Assembly (NCBI GenBank): GCA_040256005.1 | Contig: JBDZWC010000009.1 | Span: 1 to 42,881, forward strand | Direction of reading: 5' to 3' | Length of the DNA: 42,881 bases | DNA from: Deinococcaceae bacterium | GTDB taxonomy: Bacteria; Deinococcota; Deinococci; Deinococcales; Trueperaceae | Shown here: in pieces, positions 19,963 to 28,821 of the stretch | How the letters are laid out: each line of letters opens with the position of its first letter | Position numbering within the stretch: the first letter of the stretch is position 1 | Made by a program: the position numbers and the translations under genes | The notes under the pieces: model-generated | The model's input: the letters and a program-made list of their open reading frames with translations, nothing else | Database searches by the model: none | What the model was told of the DNA's origin: nothing

Positions 19963-21024
19963 TCACGACTGGTGGAAAGGTGGCTTCACTACCAGGGCCG
20001 CCATCGGTCGACCGCGCACCTCGACCCACAGCCTGGTACCCAGCGCCGAGAGGTTCGCATCCACCCAGGCGAAGCCGACGCTCTCCCTGGTCAACGGTGA
20101 CAGCGTACCGGAGGTGACCTCTCCCACGACGTCGCGGTCGCGGTCCATCACCCGGTATCCCTGACGCGGTATGGCGCGATCGACCATGCGGATCCCGACC
20201 AGGCGCTGTGAGCAGTCAGCCCCCCACATGGCCGCGCGGCCGTGGAACTCCTTGTCCTTGACGACCCAGGCGAAGTCGGTGCAGAGGGGGTTCGTCGCCT
20301 CGGTCAGCTCGTGACCGTAGAGAGGGAAGCCCGCCTCGAGGCGCAAGGTGTCCCGCGCGCCCAAGCCGCAAGGCACCGCGCCCGCGCCCACCAGCACGTC
20401 CCACACCGCCTCCGCGTCCTTGGTGGCCGCGAAGACCTCGAAGCCGTCCTCGCCGGTGTACCCGGTGCGGCTCAGGATGACCGGCACGCCCGAGAGCTCG
20501 GCCTGGGCGGTGGCGTTGCGCTTGATGTCGGTCAGGTCCATGCTCACGAGTCGGTCGAGGATCAGCGCCGCGCTCGGGCCCTGAAGGGCGATGAGCGCCC
20601 AATCCTCCGTCTCGTCACCGACCTGGACGTCCCGTCCGTCCGCCAGCCCACCTAGGTGGTCGGCGACGGCATCGCGGTTCGCCGCGTTCGCCACGACGAG
20701 GTACTGGTCCTCACCTTGGCGATAGAGGTAGATGTCGTCCACGATGCCGCCGCGGTCGTTCGGGAGCATGCTGTACTGCCCCCGACCGGGCTTCAGCTTC
20801 GCCGGGTCGTTCAGCGTCACGTAGCGCAGGAAGTCCGTGGCGTCCGGCCCGGACACCCTGAACTCGGCCATGTGGGAGACGTCGAACAGCCCCGCCGCGC
20901 TCCTGACCGTCAGGTGCTCCTCGTTGATGCCTCCTCGGTAGTGGAGGGGCATCTCGTAGCCGGCGAACTCGACGAGCCTGGCGCCCAGCTCGACGTGCTT
21001 CTGGTAGAGGGGCGTGCGCAGCAT
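19963..21024 (-). CDS. gcvT: Aminomethyltransferase (glycine cleavage T protein)
   Basis: Motifs [24 protein letters not shown] and [13 protein letters not shown]. Confidence 0.97.
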   Translation of the reverse strand: MLRTPLYQKHVELGARLVEFAGYEMPLHYRGGINEEHLTVRSAAGLFDVSHMAEFRVSGPDATDFLRYVTLNDPAKLKPGRGQYSMLPNDRGGIVDDIYLYRQGEDQYLVVANAANRDAVADHLGGLADGRDVQVGDETEDWALIALQGPSAALILDRLVSMDLTDIKRNATAQAELSGVPVILSRTGYTGEDGFEVFAATKDAEAVWDVLVGAGAVPCGLGARDTLRLEAGFPLYGHELTEATNPLCTDFAWVVKDKEFHGRAAMWGADCSQRLVGIRMVDRAIPRQGYRVMDRDRDVVGEVTSGTLSPLTRESVGFAWVDANLSALGTRLWVEVRGRPMAALVVKPPFHQS

Positions 21025-21146
21025 CGGCGCGAGGATATCACTCGCAGTCTGCCGTTCCCGACCCGCGTGTGAACGGGGGAGACAGCGGGATCACGGCCGC
21101 CTGGACAGCTTCGTGGCGGTAAGGAGGACCCGTGCTGAGCTGGGGC

Positions 21147-21737
21147 TCAGGCCTTCTGGGCCAGCTTCTCTAAGACCATGGTGGAGACAGCACGGAGAGG
21201 CTCGAACACGCCCCTGAACTCGGCGGCCACCGCCTCGAACACCTGGAACCTGTCCTCGGGGTTGAGAACCTGGGTCAGCATCTCCATGGGCAAGGCGTCG
21301 GGCAGGTCGCGCTTGTTCACCTGGATCACCGTGGGCACGTCCGCCAAGCGGAGGTTGTACTCCTGGAGGTTCTCGCGCAGGTTCCGCAGGCTCTCGGCGT
21401 TCGCCCTCAACCGGTCGGGGCTCGAGTCCGCCACGAAGACGACGCCGTCCACGCCCCTGAGGATCAGCTTGCGCGACGAGTTGTAGAACACCTGGCCGGG
21501 CACGGTGTAGAGGTGGAAACGGGTCTTGAAGCCGTTCACCTTGCCGAGGTCCAGCGGCAGGAAGTCGAAGAACAGCGTGCGCTCGTCCTCGGTGGCGAGC
21601 GAGACCATCTCGCCCTTCGACTCCGCTGGCACCTGATCGTAGATCTGCTTCAGGTTCGTCGTCTTGCCCGACAGCCCGGGACCGTAGTAGACGATCTTGA
21701 AGTTGATCTCGCGGATGGCGAAGTTGATGGTGCTCAT
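21147..21737 (-). CDS. mglA: MglA small GTPase
   Basis: MSTINFA start, [31 protein letters not shown] and NKRD. Confidence 0.95.
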   Translation of the reverse strand: MSTINFAIREINFKIVYYGPGLSGKTTNLKQIYDQVPAESKGEMVSLATEDERTLFFDFLPLDLGKVNGFKTRFHLYTVPGQVFYNSSRKLILRGVDGVVFVADSSPDRLRANAESLRNLRENLQEYNLRLADVPTVIQVNKRDLPDALPMEMLTQVLNPEDRFQVFEAVAAEFRGVFEPLRAVSTMVLEKLAQKA

Positions 21738-22234
21738 CTTTCCCTCGTCCCGAACAGCCCGTCGAGCAACGCCGTCGTGGAGTCGCTCCACTCCTTGTCG
21801 AACTCGACTACCGGAGGCGGGTCCTCCGCGGCCTCGATCACGGCCTTGATCTCCGCCGCGGCCAGCTTCGTCGCCATCTTGACCCGGCCCAGCTGCGCGC
21901 CGGAGTCGAACACCGTGACCAGCAGCGCGGCCTCGCCCAGCTCCTCGAGGTATGTACCGACCTCGGCGCCCTGTTGGACCGTCTCCTTGAAGCCCTCCTC
22001 GCCGAACAGCTGGGCGATGGCCCGGTTGGCGGAGTAGTTCGAGGCGATGAGGGTGGCGAACGAGTCCAGCGAGGGAGGCTTGGGTGCCCACAGCGCACGC
22101 TGATGAACCAGCACGAAGCCCTTGCGGTCGATGATCATCGCGTACCGCGCCCGGCTCTTGGCCAGCAGCTCACGCAGGAGCCCGTCGACGCGGTCGAACG
22201 TCTCCCCGTAGAGGTCGAGCGAGGGCTCAAGCAT
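21734..22234 (-). CDS. mglB: MglB roadblock/LC7 GTPase-activating protein
   Basis: Thermus MglB-like IDRKGFVL...[10 protein letters not shown]; overlaps the mglA start. ATG 22234 lies 6 nt after TACCAT. Confidence 0.92.
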   Translation of the reverse strand: MLEPSLDLYGETFDRVDGLLRELLAKSRARYAMIIDRKGFVLVHQRALWAPKPPSLDSFATLIASNYSANRAIAQLFGEEGFKETVQQGAEVGTYLEELGEAALLVTVFDSGAQLGRVKMATKLAAAEIKAVIEAAEDPPPVVEFDKEWSDSTTALLDGLFGTRER

Positions 22235-22422
22235 CGCGCCATGGTACCAGCGGTGCCACAGAGGCCGGCGTAGAAGACGCCACTTGACTCCCAAGGGTGG
22301 ATGCATCGGCGTAGCCCATCGCTTGCCAACGGAGGCGTCCGCGCGGCTCACCGTTGCTTGCGGCGGTAGCGGCCGATAGGCGATAATCCGTGAGCTTGGG
22401 CCATGGTCCAGGCTCAGACCGT

Positions 22423-22499
22423 GGCGATGTAGCTCAGCTGGTTAGAGCGCACGACTCATAATCGTGAGGTCCGGAGTTCGAGTCTCCGCATCGCTACCA
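22423..22499 (+). tRNA. tRNA-Met (CAT), probably elongator
   Basis: 77 nt; acceptor stem GGCGATG/CATCGCT, anticodon arm CACGA-CTCATAA-TCGTG, CCA end. Lacks the initiator's three consecutive G-C pairs in the anticodon stem. Confidence 0.93.
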
Positions 22500-22508
22500 A
22501 CGAGGAAC

Positions 22509-22536
22509 GCCCCGCCCCGGCGGGGCTACTCTTTTT
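22509..22536 (+). terminator. Intrinsic terminator after tRNA-Met
   Basis: Hairpin GCCCCGC-CCCG-GCGGGGC followed by TACTCTTTTT. Confidence 0.7.
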
Positions 22537-22611
22537 CATCTTCTCATCGTCTATACACTTCCTTTAGAGCTTCTGTGAGGCGAATCCGCGGGGGACCTAG
22601 AAGGGCCCGAT

Positions 22612-25026
22612 GTGAGCAACAGCCGAGGGGCCGATGGGCCCGGGCAGGTAGGCGCCGAGAGCCGGGCGGAGGCGCAGGTAGACGGCGATGACCGAGCCGC
22701 CGGCCGCCCGTCCTGGGCCGGCCGGGCCAACCACGCCGACTTCAAGGCCGTGTTCGACGACGCCCCCGCTCCGCTGCTCGTCTTCACCCCACACGATTAC
22801 GAGATCGTCGCTGCCAACGAAGCGTTCCAGCGCGTCACGTACACGGACGCTTCACGTCTCTTGGGGCGGCAGATCTTCGACGTGTTCCCCGCCTCCGTGA
22901 ACGCTGCGACCTCCGACGGACAACGACAGCTGCGTTACGAACTGGACAAGGTGTCCGCCACGCGCCGCGGCGGCGCGCTACCCATCATCCGCTACGACAT
23001 CCCCAACCCTGCAGCGCCGGACGGCCTGGAACCTCGCTGGTGGAGCCAGGTCGTGGCGCCGCTCCTGGACCATGAGGGCGAGGTCGCCTTCCTCATCAGC
23101 CAGCTGGAGGACGTGACCGAGGCCATACAGCCCCGCACGGGCGTCGTCGCCGACGAGGACGCGTCGGCCAACAACGCCCTCCTCCGTGAGGTGAACCTGG
23201 CCCTGGTCAGAGAGCTCGAGGCGCGGCGCCGGGCGGAGGCGCGCCTCAGGCGCGCCGCGGAGGTGGACACCTTCCGCGTCAGGTTGTCTGACGCTCTCCG
23301 CCGAAACTCGGAGCCGACCCACGTGATCCGGGAGGCTCTGCGGCTCCTGGCCGAGCAGTTGGACGCGGAGTACGCCTACTTCGCCGAAGTGGACGAAGAC
23401 AGCGGGCACTACAGGATCGACCAAACCTACTCGCGGGGGGAGCGCGACTCGCTGTTGGGTAGGTACCCCATCGCGAGCTACGGCGAGCTGACGGAGAGGC
23501 TGAGGCGCGGCGAGACCTGCGTACTGGAGGACATCGCCGCCGACGAGACGCTGAACGACACGGCCAGGCGGGCGATGCTGTCCCACGGCATCGCCTCCTC
23601 CGTCTCGACCTCGCTGGTGAAGGGCGGCCGTTGGCTCGCGATCCTCAACGTGCACTCGGACGCTCCGAGGAACTGGAGCGATACCGAGGTCGCACTCGTC
23701 ATCGAGACGGCCGACCGTACCTGGGCCGCGTACGAACGGGCACGGGCGGAGGACCAGTTGAGGCACAACGCCGAGACCTTCCAGAGCATGGTCAAGAACG
23801 TGCCCTTCGGCATGTACACGGTGGACTCCGACCTGAGGATCGTCCAGGCGAGCCCCACGGCTGCGCAGACGTTCGGCATCCCCGATCTGATAGGCAGCGA
23901 CCTGGCGCGTTCGCTGCGCGCGATCTGGCAGGAGCCGTTCGCGCAGTCTGTGGTCGAGAACTTCGTGCATACCTTGGCTACGGGCGTACCGTTCGCCTCT
24001 CGTGAGACCGTCCAGCTGCGCGCCGACCGCCTCGCCACGGAGGCCTACGACTGGCGGCTGGAGCGCATCACGATGCCTGACGGGCGGCACGGCGTCGTCT
24101 GCTACTACTACGACCTCACACGCCAGCACCATCTCGAGCGCCTTCTGCGCGAGAGCAGGGACCGGCAAGGCTTCCTACTCGAGTTCGCGGACGAGCTCCA
24201 GGGGCTCGGTGAGCCCGAAGCGATCCTCAAGGGAGCTTGCCGGCTCCTAGGGGCACGGTTCGAGGTCGACAGGGTCGTCGTGACGAGGGTCGTGAACGAC
24301 CATCACCAGGTCTTGGCCTGCTACAGCGCCAACATGCCGCGCCTGACCTCCAAGCGCTACGCCTCCTCCGAGTTCGGCGCCGCGTTCGACGGGAAGGCGG
24401 GCACCCGCCCATCGGTCGCCGTGGATGACGTCCGCAGCGATCCCGCGTTCAGCAAGAAGGACCGCGAGGCCTGCGCTGCGCTACGCGTCGTCTCCCTGGC
24501 TCGAGTGCCGCTGCGGACGGGCGATCCGGTCGCCGGTAACCTGACGCTCCATCAGGCGACCCAGCGGACCTGGTCCCAACTGGAGATCGACCTTCTGGCC
24601 GAGACCTCCTACCGCATCGGCGCCGCGCTCGACCGGGCGCGGTCGCGGCGCGACCTGCACAGGCTCAACGACTCGCTGAACGCGCAGATCGCCGCCCGCA
24701 CCTTGGAGCTGAGGCGCAGCGAGGCGGTCAGGAAGGCGATCCACGAGACCCTGGCCGAGGCCAGCAACTTCCGCAAGAGCGTCATCGAGCGGCTCAACAT
24801 CGCCAAGATCAGGGACAACAGCGAGGCCCAGGCTCACCTGACGGCACGGGAGCGACAGATCCTCGGCAGCATGGCCGCCGGCAAGTCCGACGAGACCATA
24901 GCGGCGGAACTCGGGATCGCTCGGCGGACCGTTCGCAATCACGTCAACAACATCTACGCGAAGCTCAAGGTGAGGTCTCGCGCCCAAGCGGTCGTATGGG
25001 CGCAGGAGCGCGGCATCCTGGGCTAG
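22612..25026 (+). CDS. One-component regulator with PAS-GAF-PAS-GAF input domains and a LuxR-type HTH
   Basis: PAS-like FKAVFDDAPAP...EDVTE, two GAF-like blocks ending RNWSDTEVAL and RTWSQLEIDLL, and a C-terminal LTARERQIL...TVRNHVNNIYAKLKVRSRAQAV. Confidence 0.85.
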   Translation: MSNSRGADGPGQVGAESRAEAQVDGDDRAAGRPSWAGRANHADFKAVFDDAPAPLLVFTPHDYEIVAANEAFQRVTYTDASRLLGRQIFDVFPASVNAATSDGQRQLRYELDKVSATRRGGALPIIRYDIPNPAAPDGLEPRWWSQVVAPLLDHEGEVAFLISQLEDVTEAIQPRTGVVADEDASANNALLREVNLALVRELEARRRAEARLRRAAEVDTFRVRLSDALRRNSEPTHVIREALRLLAEQLDAEYAYFAEVDEDSGHYRIDQTYSRGERDSLLGRYPIASYGELTERLRRGETCVLEDIAADETLNDTARRAMLSHGIASSVSTSLVKGGRWLAILNVHSDAPRNWSDTEVALVIETADRTWAAYERARAEDQLRHNAETFQSMVKNVPFGMYTVDSDLRIVQASPTAAQTFGIPDLIGSDLARSLRAIWQEPFAQSVVENFVHTLATGVPFASRETVQLRADRLATEAYDWRLERITMPDGRHGVVCYYYDLTRQHHLERLLRESRDRQGFLLEFADELQGLGEPEAILKGACRLLGARFEVDRVVVTRVVNDHHQVLACYSANMPRLTSKRYASSEFGAAFDGKAGTRPSVAVDDVRSDPAFSKKDREACAALRVVSLARVPLRTGDPVAGNLTLHQATQRTWSQLEIDLLAETSYRIGAALDRARSRRDLHRLNDSLNAQIAARTLELRRSEAVRKAIHETLAEASNFRKSVIERLNIAKIRDNSEAQAHLTARERQILGSMAAGKSDETIAAELGIARRTVRNHVNNIYAKLKVRSRAQAVVWAQERGILG

Positions 25027-25274
25027 CGGGACAGGTCGGATACCTGGCCGTGCCATCCGCAGCTCGAGCAGCTGGCCGCGTCTTCCTCGTCCCAGCCGGA
25101 ACTGGCGACCCGTTCGTCCACGACCACCAGCTCATCGGAGCCGCGGGCGGCCTCGACCTCGTAGAGGACGTCGAGGTTGGTGCGGATCGTCATCCGGCCG
25201 GAGTGGCAGACGGGGCAGAGGCCCTGGCGGTGCTCACCGGCGATGTCGGAGGTGATGGTGCGGAGCGTCGCCAT
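25023..25274 (-). CDS. Small zinc-ribbon-like hypothetical protein
   Basis: 83 aa with CPVC and CSSC pairs; fills the gap before tRNA-Leu; TAGGTT upstream of the ATG. Confidence 0.65.
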   Translation of the reverse strand: MATLRTITSDIAGEHRQGLCPVCHSGRMTIRTNLDVLYEVEAARGSDELVVVDERVASSGWDEEDAASCSSCGWHGQVSDLSR

Positions 25275-25351
25275 ACGGCGACGAACCTACCCCCGCCCCT
25301 CTTACGGCGTTCTGAGCGCCCACCAGATGCGATAATCGCGTGCGTGACCGA

Positions 25352-25438
25352 GCCGGGATGGCGGAACCGGTAGACGCAGCAGACTTAAAATCTGCCGGCC
25401 GCAAGGCCATGCGGGTTCGAGCCCCGCTCCCGGCACCA
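25352..25438 (+). tRNA. tRNA-Leu (TAA)
   Basis: 87 nt with a long variable arm (GGCC-GCAA-GGCC); anticodon loop CT-TAA-AA; acceptor stem GCCGGGA/TCCCGGC; CCA end. Confidence 0.96.
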
Positions 25439-25468
25439 TCACCTCGCGGGCCTCCCGCACGCGCGAGC

Positions 25469-26980
25469 TCAGCCTGCGGGAGCCTCCCACGCCTTGGAGC
25501 GCTCGACCGCTCGCGCCCATCTCTCGCGCATCTCGTCCCTGGCAGCTGCGCCCAGCCGCGGAGTGAAGCGCTTGTCCTCGCGCCACAACCCGGCGACCTC
25601 GTCCTCGTCGCGCCAGAATCCCACGGCCAGGCCCGCCAGGAAGGCGGCGCCCAGCGCGGTCGTCTCGAGCGCCTGAGGGCGCACGACCGTGACGCCCGCG
25701 ACGTCGGCCTGGAGCTGCATGAGGAGGTCGTTGCCGGCGGCACCGCCGTCGACCCGCAGCTCGTTGAGGGGTAGACGGGAGTCCTGACGCATCGCTTCCA
25801 CGACGTCGGCGACCTGCAGCGCCACGCCTTCGAGCGCGGCTCTGGCGATGTGACCCGCGGTCGTCCCCCTCGTGATGCCGACGATGGCGCCCCGTGCGTA
25901 CGGGTCCCAGTGGGGAGCGCCCAGGCCGGTGAGCGCCGGGACGAACGCGACACCCCCGGAGTCCTCGACGCTGAGAGCCAACGCTTCCACGTCTGAGGAG
26001 CGCCGGATGACGCCCAGGCCGTCGCGTAGCCACTGGACGGCTGCGCCGGCCGTGAACACGCTGCCCTCCAGCGCGTATGTGGCCTTTCCAGGGTCCTCGC
26101 CACCGCTGCGCGTCCACCCGACGGTGGCGAGCAGGCCACTCCCGGACGTCCTGGGCGAATCACCGGTGTTGAGCACGAGGAAGCAGCCCGTCCCGTACGT
26201 GTTCTTGGCGAGGCCGGGCGCGAAGCACGCCTGGCCGAACGTGGCGGCCTGCTGGTCGCCGGCGAGTGCCGCCACTGGCACGCCCGCCAGCGGCCCGACC
26301 GCAACGTCCGCCACCACCCCAGACGTGGGCACCACCCTGGGCATCACCGCGCGCGGCACCCTGAACAGGTCCAGAAGCTCGTCGCTCCACTCCAGAGCGT
26401 TGATGTCGAACAGGAGCGTCCGCGAGGCGTTGCTGACGTCGGTGGCATGCACCGCGCCGTCGGTCAGCTTGGCCACGAGCCAGGTGTCCACCGTGCCGAA
26501 CGCCAAGTCGCCTGCGACGGCTCTCTCCCGGGCTCCCGGAACGTGGTCGAGTAGCCAGGCGAGCTTGGTCGCCGAGAAGTACGGGTCCAGCAGGAGACCG
26601 GTGAGCTCCCTTACCCGCGCCTCGACACCCTGGCTGCGCAGCTCGTCAACCGCGGCCGAGGTGCGCCTGTCCTGCCACACGATCGCGTTGTGTATGGGCG
26701 TCAGCGTGGCTCGGTCCCACAGGAGCGTCGTCTCGCGCTGGTTGGCGATGCCCACGGCCGCCAGGTCCTCCGCTTGGAGGCCGGTCCGCGAGAGCGCCTC
26801 GGCGGCCACGCCCACCTGCGAGGACCAGATGTCGGCCGGGTCATGCTCCACCCACCCGGGACGAGGGAAGTGCTGGTCGAACTCCTTCTGCGCCGAGGCG
26901 ACGGCCCGGCCCTCACGGTCGAACACGATCGCGCGTGAGCTGGTCGTGCCCTGATCGAGCGCCAGTACGTGATCCTTCAC
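25469..26980 (-). CDS. glpK: Glycerol kinase
   Basis: Motifs [41 protein letters not shown] and GLGAPHWD. Confidence 0.96.
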   Translation of the reverse strand: MKDHVLALDQGTTSSRAIVFDREGRAVASAQKEFDQHFPRPGWVEHDPADIWSSQVGVAAEALSRTGLQAEDLAAVGIANQRETTLLWDRATLTPIHNAIVWQDRRTSAAVDELRSQGVEARVRELTGLLLDPYFSATKLAWLLDHVPGARERAVAGDLAFGTVDTWLVAKLTDGAVHATDVSNASRTLLFDINALEWSDELLDLFRVPRAVMPRVVPTSGVVADVAVGPLAGVPVAALAGDQQAATFGQACFAPGLAKNTYGTGCFLVLNTGDSPRTSGSGLLATVGWTRSGGEDPGKATYALEGSVFTAGAAVQWLRDGLGVIRRSSDVEALALSVEDSGGVAFVPALTGLGAPHWDPYARGAIVGITRGTTAGHIARAALEGVALQVADVVEAMRQDSRLPLNELRVDGGAAGNDLLMQLQADVAGVTVVRPQALETTALGAAFLAGLAVGFWRDEDEVAGLWREDKRFTPRLGAAARDEMRERWARAVERSKAWEAPAG

Positions 26981-27489
26981 AGCTTGAGCGGTTCGGTCAG
27001 GCGCACCAGCGCGTAGTCGCGTTCACCTCGAAGCTGGCGGTCGAGCATGTCCTCGCGCAGGGCCATGGTCCGGAAGCGCGCGGTGACGTGCGTCTGGTGC
27101 CGTCCCACGGAGAAAGCCTCGACTATGGCGCGCCTCTCCTCGTCCACCGGCACGCTGCGGCTGGTGACGAGACGCACGGTGAGGCGGCCCAGCCCCGTGA
27201 AGGTGTGCACCATGACCCCGGACTCCTTGAGCCGGGCGACGGCGCTCACGCCCGCACCCTCACCTTCGGCAGCCACGGCGGTGCGCACCAGCGGCTCCTC
27301 ACCCGGTTCCAGCCGCTCCAGGGCGTCCATCAAGTAGCGTTCCACGACCGCGACAGACCCGAGCTTCTCCCGGTCCGCGGCGCGGCCGTCAAGGACGACC
27401 TGGGTGCCGTAGGCGAGGAGGTCGCGACGGACCTCCTCCTGCTGGCCGGAGCCCTCTTGGCTGACGGTGTTGCTTCTGCCGTCATGCAT
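26977..27489 (-). CDS. Degenerate S-adenosylmethionine decarboxylase (SpeD)-fold protein
   Basis: YGTQVVLDG...[18 protein letters not shown]...RLVTS aligns by eye with the SpeD pattern G.H...D...GVSG....AESH.S.HT....D.FTC, but key residues are altered. Confidence 0.6.
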   Translation of the reverse strand: MHDGRSNTVSQEGSGQQEEVRRDLLAYGTQVVLDGRAADREKLGSVAVVERYLMDALERLEPGEEPLVRTAVAAEGEGAGVSAVARLKESGVMVHTFTGLGRLTVRLVTSRSVPVDEERRAIVEAFSVGRHQTHVTARFRTMALREDMLDRQLRGERDYALVRLTEPLKL

Positions 27490-27495
27490 CGCGTC

Positions 27496-28821
27496 TCAGC
27501 CTTTCACGCCGCCGGCGGTGTGCTGGCCGGTGAGCGAGTTCTGGAACGAGTAGAAGATCAAGAGGATGGGGATGCTGCCGAGGACCGAGGCCGCGGCCAT
27601 GGCGCCCCATTGGGTCGCGAACTGGTTCGTCGAGAAGTTGCGCAGGCCCACACCCACGGTCCAGCGCTCTTGTCCGACGAGGAGGGTGTTGGCGAGGATG
27701 AACTCGCTGTAGGTGCCTATGAACTGGTTCAGGAAGATGAAGAGCAGCATCGGGATGCTCACGGGTAGGACGACACGTAGGAACGCGCCGAACCGGGTGG
27801 CCCCGTCCACCATCGCCGACTCTTCCAAGGCCGGGCTCACAGAGTCCACGTAGCCCTTGAAGATCCAGGTGCTGAACGCGATCGCGCCGCCCGAGTAGGC
27901 GAGGATCAGGCCGGTGAACGTGTTGAGGAGGTCGAGCCGGCTCATCAGGTAGAAGACCGCGACAAGAGCCATGAAGGTGGGGAACATCTGCACGAAGACG
28001 AACGTGAGTAGCGTCGAGTACCGCCCCTCGAAGTTCAGGCGCGAGAACGCGTAGCCGGCCGGCGTCGCCAGGGCCACCGCCATCAAGCCCGTGAGCCCGG
28101 ACACGAGCAGGGAGTTGCGGATGTAGAGGGGGACCATGCCGCCGATGCTGGCTGGGAGACGCCGCCCGTCCACGAGCCCGTAGAACTGCGACGGACGCAC
28201 GGACACGATCAGCGCCGCCGCGCTCAGGACGATCACCATTCCCAGGCGCGTGCGGATCGCGTCAGCCCTTCCTGCCGACAGTCCCCAGTAGCGGGCTCCC
28301 ACGGTGACGGCGACGATGCCGAGTACGGCCAGTACCAAGACCGCGAACAGCGCCACCTGGTACCACTCGACGTGGAACTCCTGCAGCACCTTCTGGTACT
28401 GCACGGTCGAGAAGTCGGCTGGGTCCGGCAAGACGCCGGCCCGCACGACGAGGTTGCCCTCTCTGGGCAGCGCCGTGGCGAGCGTGTTGTTCCTGTTGAA
28501 CGAGACCGACAACAGGTACACGACGGGGTAGAGCACGAGCACGATGACGACCCACATGAACACGTGAGTGCCCATGGTCACCGCGTAGCGCGCTGCCCGC
28601 AGTGGCCGGGTGGCGAGGCCGTAGAGGTAGGACAACGCCGCCACGCCGCCCACCGCCAGCCCGAAGATGCCGAGGAACCGCTGCCAGCCCCCCGGGATGA
28701 CCAACATGCGGTTGCGAACGATGGGCTCGGGCGCGGTGAGGATGAGCAGGACGATGCCAGCGACGACAACCAGCGCGACGGCCGCCATGCTCAGGTAGTG
28801 GAGCCGGGAGCCGGTCCTCAC
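27496..28821 (-). CDS. Sugar ABC transporter permease (MalG-like)
   Basis: Motifs AGYAFSRLNFEGR, QMFP and the EAA loop LEESAMVDGA. GTG 28821 overlaps the upstream stop. Confidence 0.9.
   Translation of the reverse strand: MRTGSRLHYLSMAAVALVVVAGIVLLILTAPEPIVRNRMLVIPGGWQRFLGIFGLAVGGVAALSYLYGLATRPLRAARYAVTMGTHVFMWVVIVLVLYPVVYLLSVSFNRNNTLATALPREGNLVVRAGVLPDPADFSTVQYQKVLQEFHVEWYQVALFAVLVLAVLGIVAVTVGARYWGLSAGRADAIRTRLGMVIVLSAAALIVSVRPSQFYGLVDGRRLPASIGGMVPLYIRNSLLVSGLTGLMAVALATPAGYAFSRLNFEGRYSTLLTFVFVQMFPTFMALVAVFYLMSRLDLLNTFTGLILAYSGGAIAFSTWIFKGYVDSVSPALEESAMVDGATRFGAFLRVVLPVSIPMLLFIFLNQFIGTYSEFILANTLLVGQERWTVGVGLRNFSTNQFATQWGAMAAASVLGSIPILLIFYSFQNSLTGQHTAGGVKG

Noticed and set aside
21025..21146. 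Glycine riboswitch upstream of gcvT
   Set aside because: No GGAGA...CCGAAG...CTCTCAGG aptamer pattern on the coding strand, and a TATCCT element 7 nt before the ATG leaves no room for a leader.
22423..22499. CAT-anticodon tRNA as initiator fMet or Ile2
   Set aside because: It lacks the C1 mismatch and GGG/CCC anticodon stem of initiators and resembles elongator Met. Ile2 is less likely but cannot be fully excluded without a covariance-model search.
22423..25438. Integrative element between tRNA-Met and tRNA-Leu
   Set aside because: No integrase or transposase, and I found no duplicated tRNA 3' end (att site).
25352..25438. bldA-like developmental control by tRNA-Leu(TAA)
   Set aside because: TTA codons occur in ordinary genes here (TPR gene, pgpH, mglA), so nothing indicates a restricted regulon.
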